A stretch of DNA of 64,000 nt from Clostridiales bacterium. Lineage in GTDB: Bacteria; Bacillota; Clostridia; Saccharofermentanales; Saccharofermentanaceae. Of the stretch, positions 27,080 through 37,865 are shown in pieces. The notes below the pieces were generated by a model, which saw only the letters and a list, made by a program, of their open reading frames with translations, had not been told where the DNA came from and did not search any database. The DNA lies in the NCBI GenBank assembly GCA_017513085.1, contig JAFWDK010000027.1, forward strand, positions 160,564 through 224,563, written 5' to 3'. A program made the translations under genes and the position numbers. How positions within the stretch are numbered: position 1 is the stretch's first letter; every line of letters starts with the position of its first letter.

Positions 27080-28757
27080 TAAAAAGAAATGTTATATCTA
27101 TACCCGTGTCTCCACGATGATGCAAGTCGATGGATTCAGCCTTGATGCCCAGAAAGATAAACTCCGCAAGTATGCTGATTATCAAGATTGGGAGGTCGCT
27201 GCTGAGTATTCCGACGAAGGATGCTCCGGTAAGAATATCCAAGGCAGACCTGAGTTCTCGCGCATGATGTCAGATATTGAGGATTGCAAAGATGGAGTCA
27301 GTTATGTTCTCGTCTTTAAGCTTTCACGTTTCGGTCGTAATGCCGCAGATGTTCTGAATTCCTTGCAGATCATGCAGGATTTCGGGGTGAATCTCATCTG
27401 TGTGGAAGATGGTATCGACAGTTCCAAGGATGCAGGTAAGCTCATGATATCCGTCCTTTCCGCTGTTGCTGAGATTGAGAGGGAGAATATCCGTACTCAG
27501 ACCATGGCAGGACGTGAGCAGAAAGCTCGCGAAGGCAAATGGAACGGAGGCTTTGCTCCTTATGGTTATAAGCTTGAAAATGGAGAACTCCTTATTGCCG
27601 ATGATGAAGTTGAGATCATCAATATCATATTTGATCGCTATATACATACGAAGGACGGGATTAACGGCGTAGCAAGCTACCTGAATTCGCATGGCTATAC
27701 AAAGAAGTTACGTCAGAATAATACTATTCCGGGGTTTTCCTCTTCATTTGTTAAGGCAGTAATAGATAATCCGATATATATGGGGAAGATAGCATACGGG
27801 CGTCGAAAGACAGAAAAGAAGATCGGTACCCGTAATGAAATGCACGTTGTGGAGCAATCTGTATTCCCTGTTTATGAAGGTGCACATGAGGCGATAATCT
27901 CTGAAGTGGACTGGAATCTTGCGCAGGAGAAGAGAAAACTTAATGCTTACAAACGCCAGAAGGTTCATGATATCGATCACGCACATATACTTTCGGGAAT
28001 CCTTAAGTGTCCTTGTTGTGGGAAGAGTCTATACGGAAATATCGCCAAGGCACACAGCAAGGATAACAAGACGCGATTCTACTACTATTGCAAGAACACC
28101 TTAGGGGCGACCGGACATCGTTGCACATTTAGACATAATATAGAACAGACAGAGATCAACCAGATGGTTGCATCTATAATATCTGCAATGGTTACAAGAC
28201 CGGACTTCAAGGAAGCGATCACCGAAAAGATAGGATCCGCTGTTGATACCAAGGATATGGAAAAACAGAAGGAAGCCTTGCAGGATAAACTCAGGCAGAC
28301 TCTGGGAACCAAATCCAAGCTTGAGCATCAGATGGACAGTCTAGATGTCCTTGATCCGCACTATGACAGGAAGATGCTGGATCTTCAAAGAAGATATGAT
28401 CAGCAGTACGACATCCTTGCCGATATAGAGAATCAAATCGAGGACCTGAAAGAACAGATTCGTCATATTCAACATGAAAATATAACCGGTAATAATATCT
28501 ATCAGTTGCTTCTAACTTTCGATGAATTGTATGATGAATTCAACGAAGCAGAGAAAAAGGATTTCATGAGATCATTCGTAGAGCGTATCGACATATATCC
28601 CGAAAAGCCTGAAAACGGCTGCTGGATAAAGAATATCGTGTTTAACTTCCCCATTCCGATGAATGGGGAAGACATCACGGAATTGCCCTTGGAATCTCAA
28701 AAGACCGCTGAGACGGTAGTTCTTCTGTCCAAACTATCCAGCACAGCCAGGCTGTAA
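27069..28757 (+). CDS. Large serine recombinase; the last 14 aa are the displaced native rlmD tail
   Basis: YTRVST catalytic Ser, LSRFGRN, APYGY, zinc ribbon CPCCG...YYYC...C, coiled coil; reads through attR. Confidence 0.96.
   Translation: MKNNKKKCYIYTRVSTMMQVDGFSLDAQKDKLRKYADYQDWEVAAEYSDEGCSGKNIQGRPEFSRMMSDIEDCKDGVSYVLVFKLSRFGRNAADVLNSLQIMQDFGVNLICVEDGIDSSKDAGKLMISVLSAVAEIERENIRTQTMAGREQKAREGKWNGGFAPYGYKLENGELLIADDEVEIINIIFDRYIHTKDGINGVASYLNSHGYTKKLRQNNTIPGFSSSFVKAVIDNPIYMGKIAYGRRKTEKKIGTRNEMHVVEQSVFPVYEGAHEAIISEVDWNLAQEKRKLNAYKRQKVHDIDHAHILSGILKCPCCGKSLYGNIAKAHSKDNKTRFYYYCKNTLGATGHRCTFRHNIEQTEINQMVASIISAMVTRPDFKEAITEKIGSAVDTKDMEKQKEALQDKLRQTLGTKSKLEHQMDSLDVLDPHYDRKMLDLQRRYDQQYDILADIENQIEDLKEQIRHIQHENITGNNIYQLLLTFDELYDEFNEAEKKDFMRSFVERIDIYPEKPENGCWIKNIVFNFPIPMNGEDITELPLESQKTAETVVLLSKLSSTARL
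28687..28734 (+). other. attR
   Basis: CCTTGGAATCTCAAAAGACCGCT-GA-GACGGTAGTT...; the P arm starts 23 nt from the GA core. Confidence 0.88.
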
Positions 28758-28765
28758 ATACGTAT

Positions 28766-31747
28766 TCAGAACTGAACCTTAACTTCGTGCACGGCGCCGT
28801 CGGTAAAGATCGGCACGGCCGCGCCCTCGATCGGCGAACCATCAACCGTGATCGTAACACCATCCTTCGTTCTGGCAAATCCCTCCGGCTTAGAGACCGT
28901 TATGTGATACTGCGCTTTACCGGATGTCACAATGATGTCTTCCGACGTATCTTCCGGACGAAGGATCGGTTCCACGATCAGAGCATCGCTGGTAAAGTCG
29001 ACGCCAAAACTCGTGAAGAGGCACAGCAGGAGCCATGTGGATGTACCGGACAAAGTCGGTCCGATATTCTCGCCTGTTTCGGAGTTGTTATACTGCGTGC
29101 AAAGTCTCGGATTGCCGCAAACGGTAAAAGGCGAAGTCAACGTACGATACGGCAGGATACGGTCGATGACCCAGAATGCCGTCTTCGCCAGACGCTCAGC
29201 CAACGCCTTGTCGTTTACCGCCTTGCTGGCCTTCAGCATCGCAGCAGCCGCCATCATGTTGGCGTGCTTAAATACCGCACCATTCTCACGGTCGCCGGCA
29301 TAATACAGCGCTACGTCGATCTTCGGCGCGATCTGCGGATAATCCACACCTGTGCAAAGGCGGAAACCGAATGGTGTCTTCAGGTTCTTGTCCAGGCTAT
29401 CAAGCATCGTGCTGATCTGTTCTTCAGAAGCACAATCCGCCAATACAGCCCAGCTGAAAGAATTGAGGAAGTAAGTACCGACCTTACCCTCTTCGATCAC
29501 GAGCCCGTCGCCCTTAGCGCCCAGATAAGAAAGGTTCGGCTTATCCTTCCGATTAAAAAGCACTCGTGCGAAGTAGTCTTCTTTCCAGGCATACTCGTTG
29601 ATGCGCTTTTTCAGGTCAACGGAAGCACCTTCCAGATAGGAAGCATACTCTTCATCTCCAAAGTGTCTGTACATACCGATCGCAGCGTCCACGGCAACCT
29701 TCAGCAGGCATGCATTCATGACAGATTCACTGTATTCCGACTCATACGGAACTTCACCGTACTTTTTGCCGGAAGATGCCAACTGCTCCTTGTAGTTTTC
29801 GATCTTCGTCGGACCATTTACGCAATCCGGGTCGACACGCAGGCAATCATTCCAGTCCGCACGGTCAATAAGCGGAAGTCCGTGACCACCGACGGAAATC
29901 TTATAAGAATACGTGAACACTGCCTTGATGGTCTCCAGAACAGAACGCTTCTGTCCTTCTGTCCCGGCGATCGGGAGCTCTTCCTTCAGGAAATCATAGT
30001 CACCGGTCAGGCTGATAAAGCGATCCAGCGCCTGAAGCAGCCACAGTGCATCGTCCGACCACCAGCCCGGCTCCTTGCCCTTCCAGTAGAAGTTATGGTT
30101 CGCGTAGCCTTCCTCGTAGATGTTGGAGATCCATTCGCGGAGAAGTTTCTTTACAAACTCGACTTCACCCATTCCGGCAAAGTAATACATCGATGCAAAG
30201 ATATCCTGGATCTCACGGAAGCCGATCTCACGGTATCCCTTCTGCGTCCAGTCAAGAGAACGGGATACGAAAGTCTGATAGAATACCTGGAACGGCAAGT
30301 TGTTATTCACATATGCTTCGAAGTTTTTGTCTTCGTGCTTGATCTGCATGTAAGAGGCATACTTCTTGGTAAAAGAGATTACCTTATCCAGACAGGATGG
30401 CAAAGCGGCCGCGTCGGTGAAACGCTCGATCAAAGCCTCCAGTTCTTGTTTCATGGTGATGTCTTCCTTGTAGTCCGGATTGACGCAATCGGAAGACAAG
30501 CAAGTAAAGTTATCGATCTGAACTTTTGCACCGGATGCCACGGAGAACGGAGCGGAAACAGCAAAGAATCCAGGACCTTTTCTGGAATGGGCATTCGACA
30601 GCACAGAGACAAACTGCGGATCCTCCAGTGTGCCAGCACCGACGAAATCAGCATATCTGGCGCAGAACTGGTCCGGGAAGACGACCTTGTCGCCCTCGTG
30701 AACCATCAATGTGTTGTAACGGATATTACCCTTTGTCCACTTCGGATTCGGGTTAAATGAGATCGCTCGGATCTCGTCATTGTCGCCATAGAAAACTTCG
30801 GACTGGGCAACGACAGTCGAGAAGATAACATCCTCACGAAGCGCGTGCACTTCCTGCGTACCGAACATTCCTGTATATACGATGCGGAGATGGCGGTTGC
30901 GGTTTCCGGAGTTCGTGATCTCGATCAACTGGGCTTCTGTTGCAACAGGAAGTCCTTGCTCCTGCGGAACGATAAAGATCGTACGGCGGACAGCAAGTCC
31001 GTCCTTAAGTGTATATTCGATCACTGTACGGTTCTGGGCATGACGGCACTCTGCTTTTTCCACCGAATCCTGCTTGGCTGATCCGGAATAGAAAATGACT
31101 TTTCCGTTCTCGACGAGATAGAACTGACGGTTTGCCGGGAAACCATTCTGCTCAGGCAGATAGTCCCAACGTGTCGCCAGGACCTGCGTGTCCGCATGGG
31201 AACGGAAGCATCCGCCGCCCAGACGGTCGATCGCGCTCTTCGGCGTGCTCTGAAGCGGGTGATCGAAACCGATGCGGTTACCGATCAGAAGGTTTGTATA
31301 GTAGTGCGGTCCAGGAGCCGGAGAAGCGAGATCACAGATCAGCTCGCCGCCTTCATCAAGTTTTCCGCCCCACTCGGAAGCATAGTCTATGATCGGAGCT
31401 GCTGCAGAAAGTATCTTCTTTCCTTCCTCTTCTTCAGAAAGATCGCCCACACCGCCGTTATCTTCCACAAAAAGACTGTATTTACCGTCTTTCTTGGCAA
31501 TCAGGACCGAATATTTCGATTCCGCGCAGGCAGAAACATATTCGCAGATCGACTCTTCAGCAAGGAGCGCTGCACAGACCGGTGCCGGGAAAGGAAGCCC
31601 GGCAACTCCAAATACCACGCCACCATTCAGCATGGACACATACTGGGCCGCCACTTCACCGGAAGCAGCTGCCTCTTTAAATCTCTGCTTTAAAACTTCC
31701 GAAGCCGGAGCTGCAACTCCTCTTGCTCTCTCATTTCGCAATGACAT
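28766..31747 (-). CDS. GH94 cellodextrin phosphorylase
   Basis: PGPHYYTNLLIGNR, QVLATRWD, GFREIQD, WWSDD, ADWND, ENGAVFKH; about 993 aa with the extra N-terminal arm; GGAGG RBS. Confidence 0.9.
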   Translation of the reverse strand: MSLRNERARGVAAPASEVLKQRFKEAAASGEVAAQYVSMLNGGVVFGVAGLPFPAPVCAALLAEESICEYVSACAESKYSVLIAKKDGKYSLFVEDNGGVGDLSEEEEGKKILSAAAPIIDYASEWGGKLDEGGELICDLASPAPGPHYYTNLLIGNRIGFDHPLQSTPKSAIDRLGGGCFRSHADTQVLATRWDYLPEQNGFPANRQFYLVENGKVIFYSGSAKQDSVEKAECRHAQNRTVIEYTLKDGLAVRRTIFIVPQEQGLPVATEAQLIEITNSGNRNRHLRIVYTGMFGTQEVHALREDVIFSTVVAQSEVFYGDNDEIRAISFNPNPKWTKGNIRYNTLMVHEGDKVVFPDQFCARYADFVGAGTLEDPQFVSVLSNAHSRKGPGFFAVSAPFSVASGAKVQIDNFTCLSSDCVNPDYKEDITMKQELEALIERFTDAAALPSCLDKVISFTKKYASYMQIKHEDKNFEAYVNNNLPFQVFYQTFVSRSLDWTQKGYREIGFREIQDIFASMYYFAGMGEVEFVKKLLREWISNIYEEGYANHNFYWKGKEPGWWSDDALWLLQALDRFISLTGDYDFLKEELPIAGTEGQKRSVLETIKAVFTYSYKISVGGHGLPLIDRADWNDCLRVDPDCVNGPTKIENYKEQLASSGKKYGEVPYESEYSESVMNACLLKVAVDAAIGMYRHFGDEEYASYLEGASVDLKKRINEYAWKEDYFARVLFNRKDKPNLSYLGAKGDGLVIEEGKVGTYFLNSFSWAVLADCASEEQISTMLDSLDKNLKTPFGFRLCTGVDYPQIAPKIDVALYYAGDRENGAVFKHANMMAAAAMLKASKAVNDKALAERLAKTAFWVIDRILPYRTLTSPFTVCGNPRLCTQYNNSETGENIGPTLSGTSTWLLLCLFTSFGVDFTSDALIVEPILRPEDTSEDIIVTSGKAQYHITVSKPEGFARTKDGVTITVDGSPIEGAAVPIFTDGAVHEVKVQF

Positions 31748-32493
31748 AGAAACCTCCCATCCGCCGCCAAACGAAGCAGCGGCAAACAAATCTCTGTATT
31801 TTTAATCTTACCATGAAACCAAGTGCTTTTACTATAAAAAAACAGAAAGCCTGTCCGAGCAAAAAGCACGAACAGGTCCGTCAGAAGCACTATGAGCGCA
31901 CACCCCCGTGTATTAACCTAAACGACGCTCATATGCGAAAGAGCTTCCCCTTTCGCCGTACGATTGTGTAACCGGTTCAGATCCCGGATGCTTGCCTTGC
32001 ATCTCCCCCTCCGGACTTAAGAAATCACCAACCCCAACAGGTGATTTTGAAAGCATATCCACAATCGTATCATGCGAACCGTCCTGAACAAAGAATATAA
32101 CCTGCCGTTCCGCCTTTTCCGTTACCGGCATCGCATTTGCACACAGTCTTTCGTGTCATGGAAAAGCACTGCTTCGACCAAGCCCCTTCTTCTTGCGCTC
32201 CGGTCTTTCGGTCAGGCACCCGCTGCATATATACGGGCGCCATTCCTTGTGCAAATAGTAGATGCCGGCATCGTCCCGGTACTTCCCTGAGAATTCTCTC
32301 TGTTGCCACACGATCAAATCCGGTAACGTTCTGTCTCCTCAAACAGACGCTCGATTTTTTCGCGCCAGTATCCGAGAGTACTCGGGTCAGCTTCCCGCCA
32401 AGACATATGTCTTTGTTTTCGGATCCGTCTCATGCGATGCTTCTAAATTCCTCACAACGCATGCATGAGACGGGGATTCTCCTTATTTTTCTA

Positions 32494-34929
32494 TCAGCCC
32501 ATCACGATCTCAACTTTATGTGTCGAACCCGCCGGGAATACAGGAACGAGGTTGCCCTCAACCTTCTCACCATCGATGGTCATAGAGGCTACGCCCTTTT
32601 CCACCTTATTCGGATTCTTCACAGAGATCTCGATCGTCGCTCCGCGGAATACACGTGTTACCTTGTACTCATCCCAGTCAGACGGGATACACGGATCGAT
32701 CCGCAGGCCGTCGAAATCCGGCTTTACGCCGAGGATAGCCTGCGAAATGGCTACGAAGTTCCAAGCTGCAGTACCTGTCAGCCAGGAGTTCTTCGCCTCA
32801 CCCATACGGCTCGCATCTTTACCCGCAATCATCTGCGAATAAACGTACGGCTCGTTTCTATGGATCTCACTGATAGCTTCTCTATAAGCCGGGCAGATCT
32901 TCTTATACAGGCTGAAAGCTCTGTTACCACGTCCGATCACGGTCTCTGCAATCATGATCCACGGATTGTTGTGGCAGAAGATACCGGCATTTTCCTTATA
33001 TCCCGGCGGGTACGAAGAGCACTCACCAAGATTGGGATAGTATATCTGGAAAGCAGGCTGCTGGATCACGATACCATGCTCGCACTCGAGGATATCGCGA
33101 ACGGAGTTCAAAGCTTTCTCCGCGCGGCCGTCTTCCACACCGATTCCGGCCATTACGCAATAGCCCTGGGACTCGATGAAGATCTTGCCTTCCTTGCATT
33201 CTTTGGAACCGACTTTGTTACCGAAAGCATCGTAAGCTCGGAGGAACCACTCACCGTCATAGCCGTTCTCCAGAACAGCCTTACGCATGTCGTCGATCTC
33301 TTTCTGTGCTTTTGCCGCATCATCCTCCATGCCCTTGCGCTTGTAGATCTCAACAAGGTCTGGTCCGATGGCTACGAACATACCGGCGATCAGTACGGAT
33401 TCTGCCACACGTCCGTCTGCTGTGCCGAAGGTCTGGAAAGACTCACCCGGTGTAGTGGAGTGGCAGTTCAGGTTCAAGCAGTCGTTCCAGTCTGCGCGGC
33501 CGATCAGCGGCAGATTGTGCGGACCCTTGTTATTTACTACGTGGTAGAAAGAAGCAGTCAGGTGCTCAAGAAGCGTTCCTGTGTCATCCCAGTTGCAGTC
33601 ATAAGCTGTAGGCTCATCGAGGATCGAGAAATCACCTGTCTCCTTGAGGTAAGCAGCAGTACCTGCGATCAGCCAGAGCGGGTCATCGTTGAAACCGCCG
33701 CCGATGTCGTTGTTACCCTTCTTGGTAAGCGGCTGATACTGGTGATAGCATCCGCCATCACGGAACTGTGTGGCAGCGATGTCGAGGATTCTCTCACGGG
33801 CACGCTCCGGGATCTGATGTACGAATCCGAGGAGGTCCTGGGAAGAATCACGGAAACCGAGTCCACGGCCGACGCCGGACTCAAAATAGGAAGCCGAACG
33901 GCTCATGTTGAATGTAACCATGCACTGGTAAGGATTCCAGATGTTGACCATACGAGCGGTCTTCTCATCCTTCATATCAACAGTATAGAGAGACAACAGG
34001 CGATCCCAGTTCGCAGCAAGTGCCTGCATCGCTGCATCTACCTGCTCATCGGAAGCAAACTGAGCCATCATGGCCTCTGCCGGCTTCTTGTTGATCACAT
34101 GCGGAGCTTCCCACTTCTCTTCGACCGGAAGTTCACAATAGCCGAGGATAAAGATGAAAGACTTCTTCTCACCCGGAGCAAGGGTTACGTTGATCTGATG
34201 GCTTGCGCAAGGCTGCCAGCCGTCAGCCACGGAATTGTTTGCCTGACCTGCTTCAACGACCTGCGGTGCGTCAAAGCCGTTATACATACCCAGGAAAGAT
34301 TCCAGACTGGAATCGAAACCGTCAACTTCCGTATTAACGGAGAAGAAAGCATAGTGATTTCTTCTTTCACGGTATTCGGTCTTGTGGTAGATCGCGGAAC
34401 CCTTGATCTCAACTTGACCTGTGGAATAGTTACGCTGGAAGTTCAGCATATCGTCGGAAGCATCCCAGAGGCACCACTCTCTCAAAGAGAAAAGCTTGAG
34501 GTCCTTGGTCTCCGAAGAATTGTTGGTAAGGATCACACGGTTGATCTCACCCTTGTATCCAAGAGGCACGAACATAAGGAGTTCAGCAGAAACGCCGTTC
34601 TTCTCACCGGTGATGCGGGAATAGCCGAGACCATGACGGCACTCGTACTTATCCAGCTTTGTCTTGCAAGGCTTGAATCCCGGGTTCCAGATGGTATCGC
34701 CGTCCTTGATATAGTAGTAACGTCCGCCATCATCCACAGGAATGTTATTGTAACGGTAACGTGTAATTCTTCTTAATCTTGCATCCTTATAGAAGTTATA
34801 GCCGCCGGCTGTGTTGGAAACGAGTCCGAAGAAATCTTCCGATCCCAGATAGTTGATCCACGGGTATGGTGTCTTCGGGGTTTCGATAACATATTCGCGT
34901 GTCGCATCATCAAAATGTCCGAATTGCAT
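32494..34929 (-). CDS. GH94 cellobiose phosphorylase
   Basis: [45 protein letters not shown]; 811 aa. Confidence 0.95.
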   Translation of the reverse strand: MQFGHFDDATREYVIETPKTPYPWINYLGSEDFFGLVSNTAGGYNFYKDARLRRITRYRYNNIPVDDGGRYYYIKDGDTIWNPGFKPCKTKLDKYECRHGLGYSRITGEKNGVSAELLMFVPLGYKGEINRVILTNNSSETKDLKLFSLREWCLWDASDDMLNFQRNYSTGQVEIKGSAIYHKTEYRERRNHYAFFSVNTEVDGFDSSLESFLGMYNGFDAPQVVEAGQANNSVADGWQPCASHQINVTLAPGEKKSFIFILGYCELPVEEKWEAPHVINKKPAEAMMAQFASDEQVDAAMQALAANWDRLLSLYTVDMKDEKTARMVNIWNPYQCMVTFNMSRSASYFESGVGRGLGFRDSSQDLLGFVHQIPERARERILDIAATQFRDGGCYHQYQPLTKKGNNDIGGGFNDDPLWLIAGTAAYLKETGDFSILDEPTAYDCNWDDTGTLLEHLTASFYHVVNNKGPHNLPLIGRADWNDCLNLNCHSTTPGESFQTFGTADGRVAESVLIAGMFVAIGPDLVEIYKRKGMEDDAAKAQKEIDDMRKAVLENGYDGEWFLRAYDAFGNKVGSKECKEGKIFIESQGYCVMAGIGVEDGRAEKALNSVRDILECEHGIVIQQPAFQIYYPNLGECSSYPPGYKENAGIFCHNNPWIMIAETVIGRGNRAFSLYKKICPAYREAISEIHRNEPYVYSQMIAGKDASRMGEAKNSWLTGTAAWNFVAISQAILGVKPDFDGLRIDPCIPSDWDEYKVTRVFRGATIEISVKNPNKVEKGVASMTIDGEKVEGNLVPVFPAGSTHKVEIVMG

Positions 34930-35118
34930 AGTATGGTGCCTCCTTAAAGTAAAATCAGGTATCATTATCATACACTAAAAGCACTTGAAAAAGAACGTTT
35001 CGCTCTCATGTTTTTTCTGAAAAAACCTATATTTTTCAGTGCATTCGGGCAAAAAGCAACCGTTTCCGAACTCGAAAACGGTTTCGCTTGTTTCGAAACA
35101 GAAAAACTTTCTGATGGG

Positions 35119-36633
35119 TTATTGCGTCAGACCAAAGAGTTCCTCCAGACCGATGGTAAACTGTTGCTTGACTTCATCCATCGTGGCGATCTGTCCGGAC
35201 AGATATGCCTGGAGCAAAGTCTCGATCTCTTTAAAAGCATACGTGCTCTCTTCCGTATCCGCAGAGACCTGGATCCGTTCGGCTACCGGAACCAGTACCG
35301 CATAAGGATTCTGGCCGCCGAGAAAATCACTGGTAAAGAACGGGTCTGCGGCGCACTTTTTCATGACCGTCTGACTGTTTACGAATATGCCTGTCAGTGC
35401 CATCTGCTCCATCGTATTCTCGTTCATTGTCAACGTACGCAGGATCTTCGCCGCCGTTGCTTTCATATCGCAAGTGGAGGCAGCCATCAGCCAGATCCCG
35501 CCGTCATAAGAAGCTTCCGGCGCAGGAAGGATCGCCCAGCCTGTTACCTCCGGGGGAATGGTCTCACTGGTTCCGCTTGTGCTTTCGGACTCGGAAGTCT
35601 CATTTCCTTTCTGGCCTTCCTTCTTGTTCTCGTCCGTAATGGAATTGGTTCCGTTCTCACCGTTTCCGCTCTCTTCCCTGTGTCCCGGAGTATATCCGAT
35701 CACTTCCGCTGCGCGAAGAAGGGAACCGAAAAACATGATCACATTCCCGCTGGTAATGTAGTCCTCCCAGTCCACAGATCCATATTCCGCCTCGAATGTC
35801 AGGCTTTCTGCCATCAGAACTTCTTCCAGATGGAAGTATTTATTGAAATCTTTATCGATCACAACTTTGTTATCCTTGATCCACCGGCCGGAATGAGATG
35901 CCCAGAATGTATCACGGATATCGGAAATACCGGCAAGCAGTTTGACACGGCCTTCCGAATTCAAATTGACATCCTGCGCGGTTTCCAGAATATTGTCCCA
36001 GCTTTCGACACGACGCATCACATCGCCCGGGTCATCGCTTCCGAACGCCTGGTAAGCCAGCGCCCTGTTATACAGGATCGCCGACGGCGCAAGAGAATAG
36101 CTGAGTGCTTTTACCTCGTGAGAAGAATCCGAAGCCGCTTCATATGTGTAGGCGAACTGGTCGCTCAAATCTGACGGTTCGATCCCGAGTTCTTTGAGAT
36201 CGATCGAACGATTGCTGTAGGAATAGTCCTGAAGGTGTTCTTTATCACACATGAAAAGATCCGGAGTCTTCTCCTCTTCTTTCATCGCGGATTCGAGTTT
36301 CTTGAAATATTCATCCTTAGGAAGCTGGACATACTCGAACTCGACTTCGGGCAGGTAGGTCTTCATCAGCTCGCCAAAATCGGATTCATAACCATAAATA
36401 ACGATCGGGTCGTCCGATTCATCTTCCACCTTAGCAATGAATTTGGTCTCAGAAGTAGCCTGGGTTTCAGAAGTGGTCTCGGTCGTTTCCCGCGTAGTCT
36501 CTGTTGCGGAAGTCGGAGCCGGCGTATTGGTTTCGGTCGTCTTGGACTCACTCTCAGGGGTTTTCTTGCATGCGCAACAAGAACCTACGACGGAAACAGT
36601 CAGCATCAAGCTTACGATCTTCCTCATCTTCAT
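35119..36633 (-). CDS. Orphan ABC solute-binding lipoprotein
   Basis: Signal peptide ending CACKK; Thr-rich linker; PDLFM, LYNRALA, DFLGGQNPY; start uncertain. Confidence 0.8.
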   Translation of the reverse strand: MKMRKIVSLMLTVSVVGSCCACKKTPESESKTTETNTPAPTSATETTRETTETTSETQATSETKFIAKVEDESDDPIVIYGYESDFGELMKTYLPEVEFEYVQLPKDEYFKKLESAMKEEEKTPDLFMCDKEHLQDYSYSNRSIDLKELGIEPSDLSDQFAYTYEAASDSSHEVKALSYSLAPSAILYNRALAYQAFGSDDPGDVMRRVESWDNILETAQDVNLNSEGRVKLLAGISDIRDTFWASHSGRWIKDNKVVIDKDFNKYFHLEEVLMAESLTFEAEYGSVDWEDYITSGNVIMFFGSLLRAAEVIGYTPGHREESGNGENGTNSITDENKKEGQKGNETSESESTSGTSETIPPEVTGWAILPAPEASYDGGIWLMAASTCDMKATAAKILRTLTMNENTMEQMALTGIFVNSQTVMKKCAADPFFTSDFLGGQNPYAVLVPVAERIQVSADTEESTYAFKEIETLLQAYLSGQIATMDEVKQQFTIGLEELFGLTQ

Positions 36634-36755
36634 GTTCTTATTACGCCTCCCCAAATATGTCACTATGGATAAAGTTTATCGCAATCGCCTTTTTCTTTCA
36701 ACCAAAGTGACCATACGCTTAGCAATATCTGCCGAAAAGCGCCGGCAACGAATAA

Positions 36756-36784
36756 TTGACAAAGGGTGCTTTTCATAATAAAAT
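36756..36784 (+). promoter_or_regulatory. SigA promoter of the tRNA
   Basis: TTGACA-N17-TAAAAT. Confidence 0.8.
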
Positions 36785-36812
36785 TCCTTTGTGTCTGATA
36801 TCAGATCCACCT

Positions 36813-36888
36813 GGGGCATTAGCGCAGTTGGGAGCGCATCACACTGGCAGTGTGGGGGTCAGGGGTTCAAGTCCCCTATGCTCCACCA
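36813..36888 (+). tRNA. tRNA-Ala(GGC)
   Basis: 76-nt cloverleaf, G3:U70 pair, GGC anticodon, GTTCAA T-loop, encoded CCA. Confidence 0.97.
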
Positions 36889-36923
36889 AAAGGAAGCTGT
36901 CTCTTTCGAGACAGCTTCCTTTT
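36888..36923. terminator. Bidirectional terminator
   Basis: AAAAGGAAGCTGTCTC-TTTC-GAGACAGCTTCCTTTT. Confidence 0.9.
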
Positions 36924-36982
36924 ATTTTTTCATATTCATTATCTGCGATCTACGCACACGGTGAGCATCCGGCCTCAGCATC

Positions 36983-37837
36983 TCACGCCTCAGGGGCCTT
37001 CGTCTCGTCCGGCCGGTCTTTCGGCTCCGGAATCGGTCCAAGCACCATATCCGCAAAGTTGATGGGAAGTCCGATGGTCGGCACGCGCACCTGTCCGGCC
37101 TTATTCTTGCCGGGAGCAATCGTGATCCCGTATTTCGGGAGAATAAATGAAAGCGTCATATCCGCCGAGACTGCGCCCGGATCGACTTCACCGGTATTGC
37201 AGTCTACACCTGTCGGAATATCGATCGAGATCACGCGCGCACCACGGATATGTCCTTCTTCGATCTTGGATGTGATCGCGCAAAGACCCGGTGGAAGAGG
37301 TCTGGAAAACTCATATCCGGTACCGATGATACCATCTACGATCACGCATGGCATGCCCGGTTCCTGTTCATGGATCATGCGGGAGATCCCGGCCTGCCAG
37401 ATCGCCGGATCAAACTCCGAAGCCGGACGGATCGGTACATCGAAACTCTCGGCCACGGCACGGTTCACTTTTACGGCAGCGGTATGGGCATCATTCGGGA
37501 AACAGTCCCAGATCGTAACCTTGTAGCCCCAGGCCTTCAAGATCCTGGCCGCCACATAAGAATCACCGCCGTTCATGCCTTTTCCGGCGAAAATATGGAT
37601 CGGAGTCGTTGTCGCGCCTGCCATGACGACACAAGCATTCGCCACCGCCAGCCCGGCATGCTCCATCAGGATCGCCACCGGCAACTGATGCTTCGTTGCC
37701 GCCACACGATCCACTTCCCGCTGCTCTTCCCGTGTCAGCGTCTTTCTCACACGGCGCACCGGCTCATACGGCACCCTCGGAGGAGGCGGGTTCAATATGC
37801 TCTTTTGCGGCCAAAACGGACTTTCATTCTTTCTCAT
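36983..37837 (-). CDS. nnrE: NAD(P)H-hydrate epimerase (stand-alone YjeF_N)
   Basis: LMEHAG, GKGMNGGD, VDGIIGTG, SIDIPTG. Confidence 0.88.
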   Translation of the reverse strand: MRKNESPFWPQKSILNPPPPRVPYEPVRRVRKTLTREEQREVDRVAATKHQLPVAILMEHAGLAVANACVVMAGATTTPIHIFAGKGMNGGDSYVAARILKAWGYKVTIWDCFPNDAHTAAVKVNRAVAESFDVPIRPASEFDPAIWQAGISRMIHEQEPGMPCVIVDGIIGTGYEFSRPLPPGLCAITSKIEEGHIRGARVISIDIPTGVDCNTGEVDPGAVSADMTLSFILPKYGITIAPGKNKAGQVRVPTIGLPINFADMVLGPIPEPKDRPDETKAPEA

Positions 37838-37865
37838 AACCCTATTTCCGCCCTTACTGTTTTTT

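Larger units (their letters stand above)
15149..28711. mobile_element. Integrative mobilizable element (13,561 bp between cores) in the 3' end of rlmD
   Basis: GAGAC core at 15149-15153 and 28710-28714; both junctions encode ETVVLLSK; serine recombinase, MobA/MobL relaxase, oriT, AT-rich cargo; no T4SS genes. Confidence 0.93.

Noticed and set aside
15149-28711. Self-transmissible ICE or prophage
   Set aside because: No VirB4, coupling protein or phage structural genes; only a relaxase and oriT, so it is mobilizable in trans
32137-34776. 879-aa plus-strand ORF (also 28787-30760, 9353-10294, 50702-51847 and similar)
   Set aside because: These are antisense shadows of well-supported genes with biased codon usage; they have no RBS or recognisable motifs
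36813-36888. tRNA-Ala as an integration site
   Set aside because: No duplicated 3' end or tyrosine integrase was seen, and the terminator follows directly
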